This document shows positions 39,801-48,900 of a stretch of 64,000 nucleotides of DNA, piece by piece. A model generated the notes under the pieces. The model did no database searches. It saw only the letters and a program-made list of their open reading frames with translations, and had not been told where the DNA came from. The stretch's first letter is position 1, and each line of letters starts with the position of its first letter. Source of the DNA: Strigamia acuminata (Eukaryota); the NCBI GenBank assembly GCA_949358305.1, contig OX442314.1:10168001-10232000 (forward strand), written 5' to 3'. The position numbers and the translations under genes are program-made.

Positions 39801-42800
39801 CTTGGCTCAGAATTGAGTTGAGTTAGGTTCTGACCCAATCACAGCACAGATTCTCTACTCTCTAGCCGCTTGTGTTACTGCCCCTGGAATGATTTAAACT
39901 TGCAATAAAAGTTTGGAAAGTCACTTCATCATTCAAGGGTTGAGAAAAGAATAGGTGCGTTCACTTTGCGAAAGGAAAGACAAATCTTTTCTTTTCTTCC
40001 TTTTGGACACCGGAAATGACCTAAAACACGTCATCTAGCATGAAGACAAACTGGTGAAATCAGGAGACGGCAACCGCCAATGGTGCTAGAATAAAATGGT
40101 CTTTTAGGCAGGTTTTCCTTATTTTATTTTATAGTTTCTACAGGGGAGACTGAATGCACCCAGAGCAGCAATTACATGGTAGGCAACCTATGCAAATTCC
40201 TAGGGAGTGGTTGCTGCGCCGGCATGTTAGCGCGGTGTTATACGGTGTCACGAAGAAAAATGTAATTACCCATTTAGTTTACATTGTAAAAATTCAATTT
40301 AATGTGACCTGGGTTGTGCATTGTAATAAAGCAGTTGTATGAAACTGCAAGTGGTCCTTTTATGGGAGAATACCTGGAGTTTTGTATTGCACCAAACTAA
40401 TCATGAGCAATTGTCACTTGTAATAGTGTACAAGTGACACTTGTGTTATTAACCCATGTGGTGTTAGGTCCCAGTTGATAGAGAAATGTTAAACCTAGCC
40501 ACAGTAAATCAAGTAAATCGGTTAGTTAGTGACACAATTTGTCAACAACTGGAGGTTCACTTGAGGTGTGATCTTCAACTTGAAAGGATTTTGTGCCAAT
40601 CAATAGTGAATGAAGCAATGTTGTTATCTAGATAAGGAGGATAAAGAGAATTCCAATATTTATCAACTACCATTACTTTGATATGACTCAAGATTGACAG
40701 TGAAATCCTAAATGGATATGGGGACCCTACATCTTCTTGTATAATCCCATTAATTTAGAGATAAAAAATGCTCGGAGAAACTGGGGTTTTCCAAGGGTTA
40801 GTCAAGATGAGAACCCAAACTATAATCTTAATGTAAAAGGAAGTTTTATCCAGTTTGAGGAGGGAGTGACAGTGAACTTTTAGCCATGTTGGTATGGCAT
40901 ATACGCAATATGTACGGTCGTGGACTAAAAAAAACTTCCCTTCAGTTTAGCTGTTTTAAGTTTATCTACCAGGTGGAATAAAAATCCGTTGAGTTTCAAT
41001 GACATCAATCTTGACCCGGTCTTTCGTCTTGCCCTAACAACAGTATTAAAAGATAGACATCGAGATTATGCATGCAAACAGTATACATAACCGCGACATA
41101 TTGAATATTGCATGTATAGGGTGTCCCAAAATTAACGCAAGATTTGAATTTGCCTAAACACGTTGTATCGTGTAACACTCCATTTTCACTAACCCTAAAC
41201 CTAACCCTAAACTCTTAGCTGTCAATTTGTTGTTGTTTCAGGGTTGCCAACAATTTACTGCACAAATGGTAGCAAATTCAAATCTTGCGTCAATTTTGGG
41301 ACACCCTTTATTATAAAGGCCCTTTGAAACACGTGCTTTTGGATGAGTAATAACTAGTCGTTTGCAATAGTGAAGAATTAGTAAGTTGTTTTAGTAGAAT
41401 AATAATTAGTGCAATCAATCACTGGAGACCCTGCTGAGGCGAAAAGCGAAAAAGCCGTTGCCAACCAATACGATGCATCCACAGAATGTCCAAACACTTC
41501 CTCTACAGCTTCCAAACTACTTCCTAACTTGTAAAAAGGATGTTTAAAGTTGTTTTGTTAATTGTGTGCATTGTGTACTGTCATGCTGGCTATTTTTGCA
41601 ATCTCATTACTTTGCATTAATTGTCGTTTAATTAGTAAAATGGCGCAACTAGAATGCAAAGTGGTGTGGAATAACAAGCATTTAAAGATTGCTCAGAGAG
41701 ATGTGATGTTAGAAAATATGTTGTTTACAGTACGATGTGCAACAAGCAGATTCTAACGTTTTGATGGTGACTTAAGTCTTTGGTTGTAGGAAAGATATGT
41801 GTGTTGGCAAGCATTAAACTGGGACCATAAACCTTAATCTTGTTTCCTGTTTCTCTTATGATTTAGTGCAGCAATTAGCCACTTTTTTAAGACTGATTAT
41901 TACATATGCTGCACTTTCCCTCATGTCTGTGGGTTTGTGGGCCTACATAGAGACCCACTGGGTGGTAAAAGCAGATCCACACTTAAAAGCTCCTGGCTGG
42001 TTTGTTGGCGTGGTGCCTAAAAGCCACACTTGAGCATCCAATCACAACTAAGAGGTGTTTGTGATCAAGTTTCGATTTGGTCTAAATAGAAATGAGTTTT
42101 CTTCTTCATTTATTAGACAGTTATAACCTAGTTTTACAAACTTGGAAATTCAATATAGAGGTTGGACTGACGTTAACTTGGACTGGAAGCAGGGGCCTAC
42201 CTGCGGGGAGTTAGGGTGTTCAAAAAACACGGACGTTGCAAGATTGGACGCTTTTTTTAGCTTGTAATTTTGATGAAGCAGCTTTTTTGCTTGGATGGAG
42301 AGGATAAATCGATATTTAGGATGAATGGGGTTTATAAATTTATTCCGTTTGATTATTTTAGCACTTCTGGATTTGTTAATTTTTGTGTCGTACGAATTTT
42401 TTTAGACGAAATGTTTTGTTTCTGAATGTACTGCCAAACTTTATCTGGGATTCCAGATCCAAGTTCTAGATTATCATCCACGCTGCAAGAGTGGGTTTTA
42501 GACTTCTAAACCTGATGTTTAAAAAGTCTAATAAAACGGTTATGTCCGTCTGTCCGCGCACTTCCGGCTTCATTACACTACGACCGTCATTTCCGGACAT
42601 CTATATTGCGCATTTGACACTTAGGCGTATATATCGCGCTTTTGCGGCTTCGGCGTCTGCATCAAGCATTTTTTCTATTGATTTCAACCCAAATAATAAC
42701 TGTAGCGATAATTATTGTTGTTGTTTACTCTAAAAAAATAATAACTGCTGCAAAATTGTACTTAGATCTGGATGGTTGCGATCGATCTAATAGAAATACA

Positions 42801-44145
42801 AGATGGTTGCTAACAAGAGCCGATTTGAACGAGAAAACTTGTTGCACGGAGATTTAAATGACCTAAATAGGTCATTTATTTTCTGCTCGTTTAAACGGGT
42901 TTAAACGGTCATTTATGAGTTACGAGGTGCATTTATGAAGTCATTAAAACGTGTGTAAACAGATTTTTTTGCACTCGTTTTTGCACAACATTTACACGAA
43001 TTAATTCGTATAAATGTTGTGCAAATTGGTTAAACGGAAACGACTTGCACGCCACGTTTTAATTTTCATTACACGAACATTGGCGTGCAAAACCAAGTAT
43101 TTTGGCGCCAATCTTTAATGTGGGTATAACAACTGCAGAATCTTATATATATCAATCTGATTGCTACATATTTTTCACGTGCTAATTTATTTACACTTGA
43201 ATTTACAAAATTTATTTTTAAACTCGAAAATTGGGTTGTTTAACTTGACATTTACACTGGCAGTTGCACTGGTTGTTGAGTGCAAATGACTTTTCAAATG
43301 CACCTAGTGTAAAAACGTGCAAAAGCGGGCGTAAGAAGTGTAGAAATGTGCAAAGTCGGAGTAAAAGGTTTAGAAACAATCTTTCAATGTTTGGGTTTTC
43401 AGCGAAACAGGAAATCCCATATCGGCGAAAATTCAAAGCCGGATTAAAATTGATCGAAACGGGATTTGGCAAAAGAGGCATAAATCCACCGGGATTTTAA
43501 GCCATTTGGACTGAAGGCGGAAGGCCAGTGGATTGTCGAATTGAATTAACGTTGTTCGTTGGGCCGTGTGAGATTGTGCGTGATTTGTGCGAGATTTTTC
43601 TTGACGCCAGTTTCGCAGCAAGGAAAAAAAAAATAAGAGATTCAAGTACGTGTGAACCAACTTGACTTGAGCCGTTAAGTTGTGCTCTTGAATTAAGTTC
43701 TGAGCTTAAGTTAAGCACCTGTGAGCGCTGACTGATAATCTTGCGCCGATCCGGATCATTTCTGGCGTGTTAATAAATCGCAGCAGCGGATGATTGCAGG
43801 GAATTGGAGCGTTAAATGTGTGCATAATTTTCCCGAAATTACATCATCTTTTTTTTTTGCAAGTTCTAAAAAGTGACACCAGTTGGAATGTATTTTTCCT
43901 CTTAAAAATTGATCTTCTGATGGTTTTCTTTTTCAGAAACGTTATTTTTGCTTTGAATTAGGGATGTTTTAAATGTTTACGAATTCAAAGATTAAGTGCT
44001 TAATTAAGAGTAATTATTCATTTATATTTCCCTTAATTAATAGGACTATGTTAAAATCCGGCGCCATGAATTTGCAAAACTTCTTGAAGAACACGCTGAA
44101 ATCGTCCATGAAATTAACAAGTTTGAAGGTGGTGTCACATCTTGA
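862..44145 (+). CDS. Uncharacterised multi-exon protein, 5'-partial, about 476 aa visible, largely low-complexity with a C-terminal helical/coiled-coil segment
   Basis: Ten AG...GT-bounded exons join in one open frame with matching phases: 862-930 (VLTTPLGFIRRVLNLCTSRIEFK), 5986-6087 (ANNRLIDTQ...QFTSD), 9930-10039, 12572-12668, 15264-15358, 15971-16134 (..LKEGLSGVHEDILVSYYNTTPK..), 24964-25073, 33415-33937, 35255-35313 (VNPVTEDPFVNPEIKLQSIL) and 44044-44145 (DYVKIRRHEFAKLLEEHAEIVHEINKFEGGVTS*). Total 1431 nt. No start codon in the window and no family recognised. Additional exons may be missed; the first exon is the least certain. Confidence 0.75.
1705..3481 (-). CDS. Small secreted tyrosine-rich repeat protein (103 aa), nested antisense gene
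   Basis: Coding exon 3481-3418 encodes the signal-peptide-like MKLILILFCLVSLASICSCGD and ends in phase 1 at a GTAAGA donor. Exon 1952-1705 follows a pyrimidine-rich ..TTTCAG acceptor in matching phase and encodes YYNDYYRSHGGGYPSYAYNAY..(SRQYYPSY)x3..IVNV*. A TATAAAT box lies at about 3650-3644, with a likely 5'UTR exon near 3620-3588. AATAAA lies at about 1647-1642. Confidence 0.85.
2084..2345. repeat. Dispersed repeat (DNA transposon fragment)
   Basis: A diverged reverse-complement copy lies at about 13305-13590. In addition, 2460-2510 matches 13140-13190. Confidence 0.7.
2613..2949. mobile_element. PIF/Harbinger-like MITE
   Basis: About 30-bp TIR TGCTGGGCGCACACATACCGCGATTTCGCA, with the 3-bp TSD TCA on both sides. 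Confidence 0.85.
2966..3143. mobile_element. hAT-like MITE (degenerate)
   Basis: Imperfect TIR TAAGGGTCACCATATG ... CATATGCTAGCCCTTA. Confidence 0.5.
4098..4296. mobile_element. TA-CCGTA-type Tc1/mariner MITE
   Basis: Starts TACCGTATTTTATCGAGTAAGAGCCGCGG with internal repeats. Related copies lie at 6817-6905, 13590-13657 and 23470-23726. Confidence 0.7.
5050..5552. mobile_element. hAT-like non-autonomous element with internal GTTAC/GTAAC tandem repeats
   Basis: Begins CAGGGTTACTG. Arrays of CGTTACATTTACGTTACTAGAC are followed by inverted GTAAC motifs. The right end is degenerate. Confidence 0.55.
6316..6780 (-). mobile_element. 3' end remnant of a non-LTR retrotransposon (CR1/L2-like)
   Basis: Minus-strand peptide TYRCTSLWNDLPYDVRSS resembles the WNxLP motif at the end of LINE ORF2. 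It is followed by a short hairpin (ACTCCAATGGAGT) and an (AAATA)n tail. A similar 3' end occurs at about 25255-25300. Confidence 0.6.
6908..7068. mobile_element. pogo/Tigger-like MITE, partial
   Basis: Reverse complement of the 39077-39259 element. Confidence 0.8.
7749..8368. mobile_element. hAT-like MITE
   Basis: TIR TAGGGTTTCTC ... GAGAAACCCTA with subterminal CGGTAT/ATACCG repeats. TSD not preserved. Confidence 0.65.
8800..9620. repeat. 21-bp minisatellite (TGCACATTTTTAGATGTAAAA)n
   Basis: About 28 perfect units at about 8907-9502, with degenerate flanks. Confidence 0.98.
10350..10760. repeat. 31-bp / 21-bp A/T-tract minisatellite
   Basis: CGAATTTTTAGGTAAAAACACGTTAAAACAT x about 5, grading into about 21-bp GAATTTTTACGTTGAAACATC units. 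Confidence 0.9.
11430..12222. mobile_element. Overlapping PIF/Harbinger-like MITEs
   Basis: Two inverted-repeat pairs: 11495-11570 / 12130-12222 (CGCGTTTAATCTTAAAT..GGGAGACCGGAAGTGACG) and 11430-11493 / 11878-11966. Confidence 0.7.
14540..14948. repeat. 31-bp minisatellite (TTGTTCAATTTAGACATTGAATTTAGTCGTT)n interrupted by a MITE
   Basis: About 8 units; the array resumes in register after 14920. Confidence 0.92.
14765..14917. mobile_element. Palindromic PIF/Harbinger-like MITE
   Basis: Near-perfect 153-bp hairpin AGGTGCATTCAAAAACTC...GAGTTTTTGAATGCAGCT with 3-bp flanks ATT/AGT. Confidence 0.85.
16400..16800. repeat. 21-bp A/T-tract minisatellite (CTGAAAATTGCATTTTTCCGT)n, degenerate
   Basis: Clear units at 16640-16790 and a degenerate extension toward the exon at 16134. 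Confidence 0.9.
18889..19593 (-). CDS. Transposon-associated accessory ORF, 234 aa: RG/RGG-rich, K/E-rich helix, C-terminal CxCxC
   Basis: Intronless ATG-to-stop ORF, divergent from the transposase. It has in-frame internal duplications (IVNQPIEVHENTEPN x2; SRGSYNPSFGVQSRGGR x2) and a TATAAAA box on the - strand at 19691-19685. Confidence 0.7.
   Translation of the reverse strand: MATSKWTIVGGKLKRRHETEIVNQPIEVHENTEPNEPEIVNQPIEVHENTEPNSINQFQLVELDANSNYSRGANSRGSRGANSRGSRGGNSRGSYNPSFGVQSRGGRAINSRGSYNPSFGVQSRGGRGRGRGRDGSCSHDFNENNREERQGGVQKGRVGKKKSMGKREREKKFRMLEAQKNEEKRQEEQKKEKELKDLQAITNGSEVDITVNGINFRACKCMCTTSDILLVIKI
19594..20217. promoter_or_regulatory. Divergent promoter region between the accessory ORF and the transposase
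   Basis: TATA-like boxes face outward (19685-19691 minus; 19899-19906 plus). CAAGTAA motifs are repeated downstream of each. An approximately 60-bp direct repeat lies at 20050-20180. Confidence 0.5.
20218..21300 (+). pseudogene. Truncated DDD/E transposase of the Kolobok / Mutator-like transposase type
   Basis: Intronless 360-aa ORF with motifs RRLVD, H..EC..C..C, GIGH, VDGSWSKRSYGHGYNANSG, RNKHCVIC..HICNCNW, GMEADII and GDGDSS. It stops nine codons after GDGDSS, so the C-terminal part of the catalytic domain is absent. Confidence 0.85.
21850..22175. repeat. 20-bp minisatellite (GATTTGGAGAGATTCAGAAG)n
   Basis: About 16 units, followed by degenerate inverted AAATCC-type units to about 22560. 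Confidence 0.95.
23072..23395 (-). mobile_element. Helentron-associated non-autonomous element (HINE / DINE-1-like)
   Basis: Subterminal inverted repeats TAGACTTCTAAAC (about 23112 and 23380), a 5' partial palindrome, a GTCCGTCTGTCC microsatellite and a 3' stem-loop TGTAATGC-ATGGAC-GCATTACA. A second 5' end occurs at 42496-42560. Confidence 0.75.
23470..23726. mobile_element. TA-CCGTA-type Tc1/mariner MITE, full length
   Basis: TACCGTATT ... AATACGGTA termini. Confidence 0.75.
27847..27929. mobile_element. Miniature piggyBac-like element
   Basis: TTAA-CCCTTTCA ... TGAAAGGG-TTAA; 83 bp. Confidence 0.75.
28168..28804. mobile_element. MITE with an internal second inverted-repeat element
   Basis: Outer TIR GTCTTATACCATGTTCACACCAA / TTGGTGTGGACATGGTCGTATAAGAC. 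Inner IR GATCTATACTCAAAACCACCCCAAC at about 28478-28518 / 28669-28708. Confidence 0.7.
29534..29710. mobile_element. hAT MITE, GC-rich
   Basis: CAGG...CCTG termini with a perfect 8-bp TSD GTAGCAAG (29526-29533 and 29711-29718). Confidence 0.85.
30678..31063. mobile_element. MITE with about 50-bp TIRs, nested in another repeat
   Basis: TATACTC..GGAGCCCTGGAAGCTGGGCTCCCATTGGCC and its inverse. It interrupts a repeat whose uninterrupted copy is at about 470-596. Confidence 0.8.
31862..32197. repeat. 20-bp minisatellite (AAAAATTCATTTTTTGGACC)n
   Basis: About 16 units. Confidence 0.95.
34678..34824. mobile_element. Short TIR element (ATAGACCATTGGAAAA type)
   Basis: CCATTGGAAAA ... TTTTCCAATGG inverted ends, with a related copy at about 28003-28140. 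Confidence 0.6.
35569..35799. mobile_element. hAT-like MITE
   Basis: TIR CAGGGGTGCGACA / TGTCGAACCCCCTG with degenerate 8-bp flanks CCTTGAAG / ACTTGAAT. Confidence 0.75.
36260..36346 (-). mobile_element. hAT-Charlie terminal fragment resembling MER30
   Basis: Minus strand reads CACGGGTGTCCAACCTTTTGGCTTCCCCGAGCCACATTGGAAGAAGAGGAATTGTCTTGAGCCACACAAAATACACTAACACTAACG, matching my recollection of the MER30/Charlie3 5' end. Confidence 0.75.
36924..37530. mobile_element. Non-autonomous DNA element with GTACTCATAAG termini
   Basis: GTACTCATAAG ... CTTATGAGTAC. The left 60 bp also occur at 2396-2456. Confidence 0.7.
38100..38720 (+). mobile_element. Decayed R2/NeSL-type (RLE) non-LTR retrotransposon C-terminal remnant
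   Basis: Peptide CHFGC..ESNLQVCG..RH resembles the CCHC knuckle + RH motif. Downstream frameshifted DLIF and VIVLD segments resemble the RLE domain. Many stops. Confidence 0.4.
39077..39259. mobile_element. pogo/Tigger-like MITE nested in a small GG-terminal MITE (about 38956-39266)
   Basis: TA-CAGTCAAAATTCTTTATAACGAAT ... ATTCGTTATAAAGAGTTTTGACTG-TA, with further copies at 6908-7068 and 58873-59046. Confidence 0.88.
41117..41308. mobile_element. mariner-like MITE
   Basis: About 35-bp TIR AGGGTGTCCCAAAATTAACGCAAGATTTGAATTTGC, with TA flanks. Confidence 0.85.
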
Positions 44146-45997
44146 ACCAAAGAAGAAGAAAAAAAATAAATTATCATTTCCTATGGTTTCTTCTTCTCTG
44201 TTTTGATTAAAAAGTTTAATTTACAAGAATTAATTACCAAACATTAAAATAGATGGTTTTCTAGAAAAGAAAAAAAAAATACAATTTTTAATTTAATTTA
44301 ATTTTTTTTTTTTTTAATTTTTTTTTTTTTTTTAAATAAAAAGAACAAAATTATTGATTTATACGAAGAAGTTGCTACAATTTTTCCCCTTTCAAACATG
44401 CAGTGCTGTATAATCAATAATCGATAGGTTATCGTGAGAAAAAACTAAGCTGTTGTAGAAGCCTAAATATAAACTTTTGTTTGTTATTAATTATTGTGAT
44501 ATCGTAAGTAATTTTTCTTCTTTTTTTATTTTTTTTTTATTTATTTATTTATTTTTTTTGTTTGTTTTACATTTTTGTTTGGAAGGCTTGAGAATTAATC
44601 GGAGAGATCATTAAATACCTGTAGAACTTCTCATTGATTAAAGTAAAATAAAATTACAAACTCTTGACCAAAAGTGGACCGTGTAGAGTCTTCCAGTGAC
44701 TGACCTTCACTTATGATTATACGCATTAAATACGTAAATAAATAATTAATAAAATGTGACTAATTAATTGCAAGTTTTAGCATAATTTGTCGTTCATCTG
44801 TACAGTGAGTTTTATGTTATCATTTTTTGTTTTCCGTCTTTTTGAAAATAAATACGAAGAAATATTATATAGAGCATAACTTTTGAAAAGACAAGGATTT
44901 TGTTTTCGTGAATATTGTGATGAAATACTTAAAATGTTTGATTATTTTATTTAGTTTTTGTTTTTGCTGTTATTTTGTAGTTATTTTAAATTGTGTAAAA
45001 TGCTCTCGAGGGTTTTAGTTTAATTCGTCAATTGGATTAATAACAATGTGTAATAAAAACGTTGAATAAATTAAAATAAAATGTACGAAGGGACGGTGAA
45101 ATTGGTTTTTGAAATTTCAAATGTGAAATACGGTAAATTTTAACGAAAACCGCAACGATAATTATCTGTAATCTGATAGGTTTGAAAATGGTCACCTGAC
45201 AATTAACTCTGCCCTGATTGGTCGTTAAAAAATGGCGGAAATGGCGGCTCGAATTTTTACCGCATTCACACTTGATTTTTTGATAAATTATCATATTTAT
45301 CGGGTGGGTACGCAGGATTTAACCGTGTTTCGTAACGCGGTGAGTGTTGTTTTTATTTTTTCCACAGAATTAGGGGAATTTGATTATATATAGTGCAGCT
45401 TCGCAAACAACGAAATCAAATGTGGTGTAGTAATGTTAATTGGCTAGTTGATATGTTTTTATTTTGCTGGCTAAACCGTGAAATGAGATAAAGTTGAATG
45501 GAAGTTTGTAATTCTACTTCAAAGCAATAAGTATTGTTATATATTAGTACAAAAAAATTAAAAAAAAAATAAAGAAAAAGATAAATGAATGTTTTTTGTA
45601 ACATGTAATTTAATTTGTATACTTAGTTGATCTATTTTTGTCCAAGTCAACTGTAAAATCAAACTTCAAATTTGAAGATAAATTTTTATTAAAATTATTT
45701 TGGGCTTTGCCTTGATTATTTAACATTTATTCATTTATTCATATCGATCATTCTCACATCGTCAAAAACGACGTTTCACAACTCCCCGAGATTTATATTT
45801 TCTTACCTTGAAATTCTAGAACAACGAAACTAATGAGAAACATGAAACGTTTTATTATCGAATTACAAAAATTACAAAAATAGAAAATGAAAAAATAAAA
45901 AATAACAATTTTTGGTTTTAAATTATGAGATGTTTAACCCGTAAATCAAAGAAAATCTTTGGTAGAAATGATTTCAAAACAAAAAAATATGATTTCA

Positions 45998-48900
45998 CTA
46001 CTCGAGGTAAAATCGCACTCGTTCTCGATGCTGCATCAACTTCAAATGAATTTTTAATTCGCTGAACGAGCAGATTGTGACCTTGCAAAACAGACATTCG
46101 ACTCTCTTGAATATCAGCTCGCTGCCACTAAAAAAAAAATAACAAAAAAAAAATTATTAAAAAAAAAATCAATAAATAAATAATTAATTTCAACGTACTA
46201 ATCGTGCATATCATTCAACGCCTTCAAATGCGAATAAAGTTCAGGATGGATGAATCGAATGCCCTTAATTAAAACTTTATTGGCGTCTTCGTCCTCCCAT
46301 TCTTGGCACATAACCCTGTCTTCCGGAACTTTCCCCCACATAAATCCATGTCGGAAATATTCCCTCTCAGTAGTCCGCCTCTGCATGCACAAAAACCTGC
46401 AAAAACAAAAATCAATAACAAAATATAAAATCACAAACTTTAAATGCAAAACTCACTTTCTCAGCGAATTTCTACACTTTTCCTGCGACCTAATAACCAT
46501 CGAATCCGCGACCAATTCCGACGAAGTTTGCCTCAAACACCCGTGAATAGCCACCCGTAGAGAATTAATCTAAAAACAAAATTGTATTAATTTTATATAT
46601 TATTAATAAAAAAAAAAATATATATATCATCACTGACGGTTTTTAAATCGTCTTCTGTGATTTCCGTATCGAAAGCGATCTCCATATCGTGTTCCTCGTA
46701 GAGCGACGTTTTCGTCTGCGGATCGAACCCCAAACCGCACAAAGCGCCGGTGTATCGAGAGAACTTTGCGTTACACCTTTAAAAAAATTTATAAATTAAA
46801 ATAATAAATAAATCTCGTAAAAACATTTTTTAAAAAAACCTCATCTCGACTTCAGGTGCGAATATCATAGAAATCAATGCTGGCAAATTGTGAATGTTGG
46901 GTAAAAGCGTCGTGTTTCGCACAAGCATTACTTCATTGCTCGCATTGAAACCCACTGTCGCCCCAACCATCATCCGCGCGCACACGTCTTGCGGCTCGGC
47001 GTCCAACACTACTGAATTCACGCTGCACATATCGATCCGAACGGGCCTTTTGAATCAAATAAATTAAATAAATAAATAACAATAATTAAATTTATTTATC
47101 GATTATTTTTACCTCAATATCCCGCATTTTTGCAAACTCGCAAACGTCACTTCGAGCGGACTGTGAGGGCCTTTAAGGTGCAACTGAATTTTCCAATTAA
47201 ATTTTCCATTAAAACACAATTTTATCGTTTGTTTTTTTTATAATTTTTCTTCACTTTATTCTGCGTGTGCTTCAAATCCGCACTCCGCATATCCCCCAAA
47301 TAGATACAATCGTCCTCGTCGAAATTCGCGATGTTGTTGTCTGCGTATTCGTCGTAATTTTCACGTAAACTATGATTTTGCTGCAAAAAAAAAAAAAAAT
47401 CGCAACAAAATCAAATAACAATAAAAATAAACGCACGATTTTTATACCTTCGACAAATAAGATTCTTCCGCTCTTTCCGCCAACTCGTCGTTCACTAACT
47501 GCTCATTAATAGACAAATTCTTCAAGTCTCCGCCGATTTTCAACTCGAGATGAACGACTCGTTGCACGACCGAATAAACCTGAAAACAGAGAAATTAAAA
47601 ATGTATTCCGAAAAATAATTATTCACAATTCTAACCAGACAATGGACAGACTCGGGCTTGGCATTCTCCGTCATGTGTTTAATGTATTTCACAGCTCGAT
47701 CGCTCCATCCAGTGTGGCTGTGCTCGGCCCTCGGTTTGATTTCCGACAGCGCGAACTCAAAAGCCAATGCCGGACTATCCAAAACCGGAAAAACCTCCAC
47801 ATCGAGCGGTCGGAGGTCACTTTTCTGGACATTTTCCACGAAACCATAATCGTAAAATGTCACCTGAAATAATTGTTTCGTTTTAGATTTATTTATTTAC
47901 GTTTTTGAAGCAAAAAAACGAAATTTACGGTAATTTCGGACGAATCGACTTTCTCGACTCGTGCTCGGCAATAAGGTCTGAGGTAAGTCGTGTGTTTTAG
48001 GCTCGTGCAAGGTGCCAAACACAAGGTGCCAGGAATTACCATTTCCGCCGGCTGGAATAAACAAATTAATTTAATAACAAAAATAAAAAAAATAAATTTT
48101 TCGAGTTTACTTACGGGTTCGTCTCGAATTCCACTCTCGTTCACGAAACCTAACATTCGTTTCAGCTCCGTTTCGGTGTCCACGTCGGCGTATTGCGCCC
48201 AAAATGTCGAGTGGTAAGGGATCTGGCGAGACGGTTGCTGATTTGTAATGGAAAATTTAATTTTTGCGTTAAATTTAATGCAATATTTTTTTTAATTTTT
48301 TTTAATGTTTTTTTTTTACCCAAATGACTTTGATGTAGAACATATTCCTGTTTATAGGAGGAAGTTTTGGCCTGTCCAAGTCAGATTTCGCCGTGAGGGA
48401 GATCCTACAACAAAAATATTTTGAATGAATCGTTTTTTTAAATTTTTTATGTATTTTACTTGTTCGAACGAAGATTCGTGCATCCTAAACCCTGTTTCTG
48501 TTTCATAATTTCAATCGCCTGCATTTGTCTCCTAACCGTATCTGGTGTCAGCATCATTAATGTAAATTTCTCACGTAATTGCCTAATAAAAACAAATTTA
48601 ATCAAATATAAAATCAAATGCCATAAAATTCGATCAAATTTTATCAAATTTAATCAAATTTAACGAAATTTAATCAAATTTAATCAAATTTAATCAAAAT
48701 TAACGAAATTTAATCAAATTTAATCAAATTTAATCAAAATTAGTCAAAATTTCATCAAATTTAGTCAAAATATCAACAAATTTTGTCAAAATTTCATCAA
48801 AATTTCATCAAATTTCATCATAATTTCATCAAAATTTCATCAAATTTCATCAAATTTCATCAAAATTTCATCAAAATTTCATCAAAATTTCATCAAATGA

